Origin: Pseudomonadota bacterium
GTDB taxonomy: Bacteria; Bdellovibrionota_B; Oligoflexia; Oligoflexales; RGVZ01
Length of the DNA: 26,470 nucleotides
Direction: 5' to 3'
NCBI GenBank assembly: GCA_041178085.1
Contig: JBEGVZ010000001.1
Location: 1-26,470 of the forward strand
Shown here: in pieces, positions 25,385 to 26,470 of the stretch
Numbering within the stretch: position 1 is the stretch's first letter
How the letters are laid out: each line of letters begins with the position of its first letter
The notes under the pieces: model-generated
The model's input: only the letters and a program-made list of their open reading frames with translations
Told to the model about the DNA's origin: nothing
Database searches by the model: none
Made by a program: the position numbers and the translations under genes

Positions 25385-26470
25385 TCAGGGGGATTCCAGC
25401 AGAATTTCCCGTTCTGATTCCTTGCTCAAGTTGAACACCCGCACTTTTTCCGCTGTCCCTGTGGCCCCGCTCATTTGCACCAGCACGATGGTCTTGGTGT
25501 CGGGTGATATTCCCGCCTCGCCAAAATAATTGATTCCGCCAGCGCTGAATTCACGCAGTATTTTTCCGTCCCGGTAATCCCAAAGGAAGACTTTTTGCCA
25601 GCGACGCCGCGTCTGATCGTTGCGCGCAGTGACCAGTGCAAGCTTGCGGTCAAATAAAGGAAGCACCATCGACTGGGCGACGCTGTAGCCGCCCGGTAAT
25701 TTGATGGAATATTCCTTCTCCTGGGTCACTCCGGTCCATTCCGGCATTTCATGGATCACGAATGTGTTGTTGGGAACATCCGTCTTGATTGCCGCGAAGC
25801 GGTACCCTTGCTGCAGAACCTGGTATCCCTCACGGAACTTCACTTTGCGGGCTTTTTTCTCCAGTGGTATCCCGGCAGTATGCTCCACAAGCAATCGCTG
25901 TTGGCCGTTCCAAAGGATCATCCGTCCCCTGACCGGATCTGTGAACACCGGGAAATCCTTTCCCGGCACCTTATACAATTGACGGTATTGCATGGAAACC
26001 GTGTCGAGTTGTACCAGTGCGCGACGCACCGGATCAAAGGCCACCGGAATCCGGGTTGTCGGAACCACCCCGAAGAAACCCTTCCGTTTGACCGGTTTTG
26101 ACTGATCGTTCGGACCACCCACAAATTCAACGTCGCCCAGTGCGCAGAAGGAATCTTCTCCATTGGTCACCAGTGCGGCAAGGGTGTTCGCGTTTCCTGC
26201 CATGTCGAGGGTCGGTATGAGATCCGCTTGAGCGATATCCTTCAAGCCAAAGACGGGTTCCAGCTTTGCGCTGGCCACCTTTAACTCAAACGCGACCATT
26301 TTGCGCTCTGGCGGGAGCTTTGATTTTGCAGGTGGTGCCTTGGCGACGGGGACGATGAAGTATGCCCGTGTCCCATCAAGGGAGAATACCAGTCGTCGGC
26401 TGAGTGAAAGGTGAAAGTCCTTGGTGCACGAGCGGATGAAATCGGCTGCCTCTGCGCGCGCTGTGATGGC
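25385..26470 (-). CDS. 5'-truncated secreted hypothetical protein, probable beta-propeller
   Basis: The frame of ORF 25385..26299 is open to the window edge (AITARAEAADFIRSCTKD...VFSLDGTRAYF...ERK-M). Propeller-like blade motifs FSLDGTRAY, AFDPVRR, FTDPVRG, LWDYRDGK and ISPDTKTIV. Confidence 0.65.
   Translation of the reverse strand, partial: AITARAEAADFIRSCTKDFHLSLSRRLVFSLDGTRAYFIVPVAKAPPAKSKLPPERKMVAFELKVASAKLEPVFGLKDIAQADLIPTLDMAGNANTLAALVTNGEDSFCALGDVEFVGGPNDQSKPVKRKGFFGVVPTTRIPVAFDPVRRALVQLDTVSMQYRQLYKVPGKDFPVFTDPVRGRMILWNGQQRLLVEHTAGIPLEKKARKVKFREGYQVLQQGYRFAAIKTDVPNNTFVIHEMPEWTGVTQEKEYSIKLPGGYSVAQSMVLPLFDRKLALVTARNDQTRRRWQKVFLWDYRDGKILREFSAGGINYFGEAGISPDTKTIVLVQMSGATGTAEKVRVFNLSKESEREILLESP

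Noticed and set aside
1..26470. CRISPR arrays, IS/transposases, integrases, tRNA/rRNA/tmRNA near smpB, anti-phage defence genes
   Set aside because: I saw no repeat-spacer periodicity, terminal inverted repeats or recombinase motifs. Intergenic gaps are too short for tmRNA or rRNA, and no tRNA cloverleaf was evident. The EVE protein is stand-alone with no linked nuclease or toxin.

Overview
A gene-dense, GC-rich bacterial chromosomal window with no mobile element, CRISPR array, rRNA or tRNA that I could recognise. It looks like a diderm organism, possibly Bdellovibrionota/Oligoflexia- or delta-proteobacterium-like (inference from gene content only). The right three quarters are mostly housekeeping: tatC-fusion, polA, gltA, an EVE protein, tolQRAB without pal, YbaN, a HAD phosphatase, a Nudix-glycerate kinase fusion, MFS, Mrp/ApbC, a TPR-peptidase, glutaredoxin, smpB, an RluA-family synthase and a beta-propeller. 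The first ~5.8 kb is an envelope redox island: a His-motif protein, a secreted protein with two CxxCH motifs, a DUF3570-like beta-barrel, a DUF4266-like small lipoprotein ending in CPTC, and three exported thioredoxin-fold CxxC proteins. These sit around divergent sigma-54-type promoters, with no apbE. The most unusual items are (1) TatC fused in frame, through an internal signal-peptide-like segment (RR...AQA), to a ~240-aa beta-strand-rich domain, (2) the sigma-54 thiol-redox/DUF3570 island, and (3) a Nudix-glycerate kinase fusion with altered motifs whose probable start codon overlaps head-to-head with that of a HAD phosphatase. All family calls come from motif recognition by eye, not database searches.
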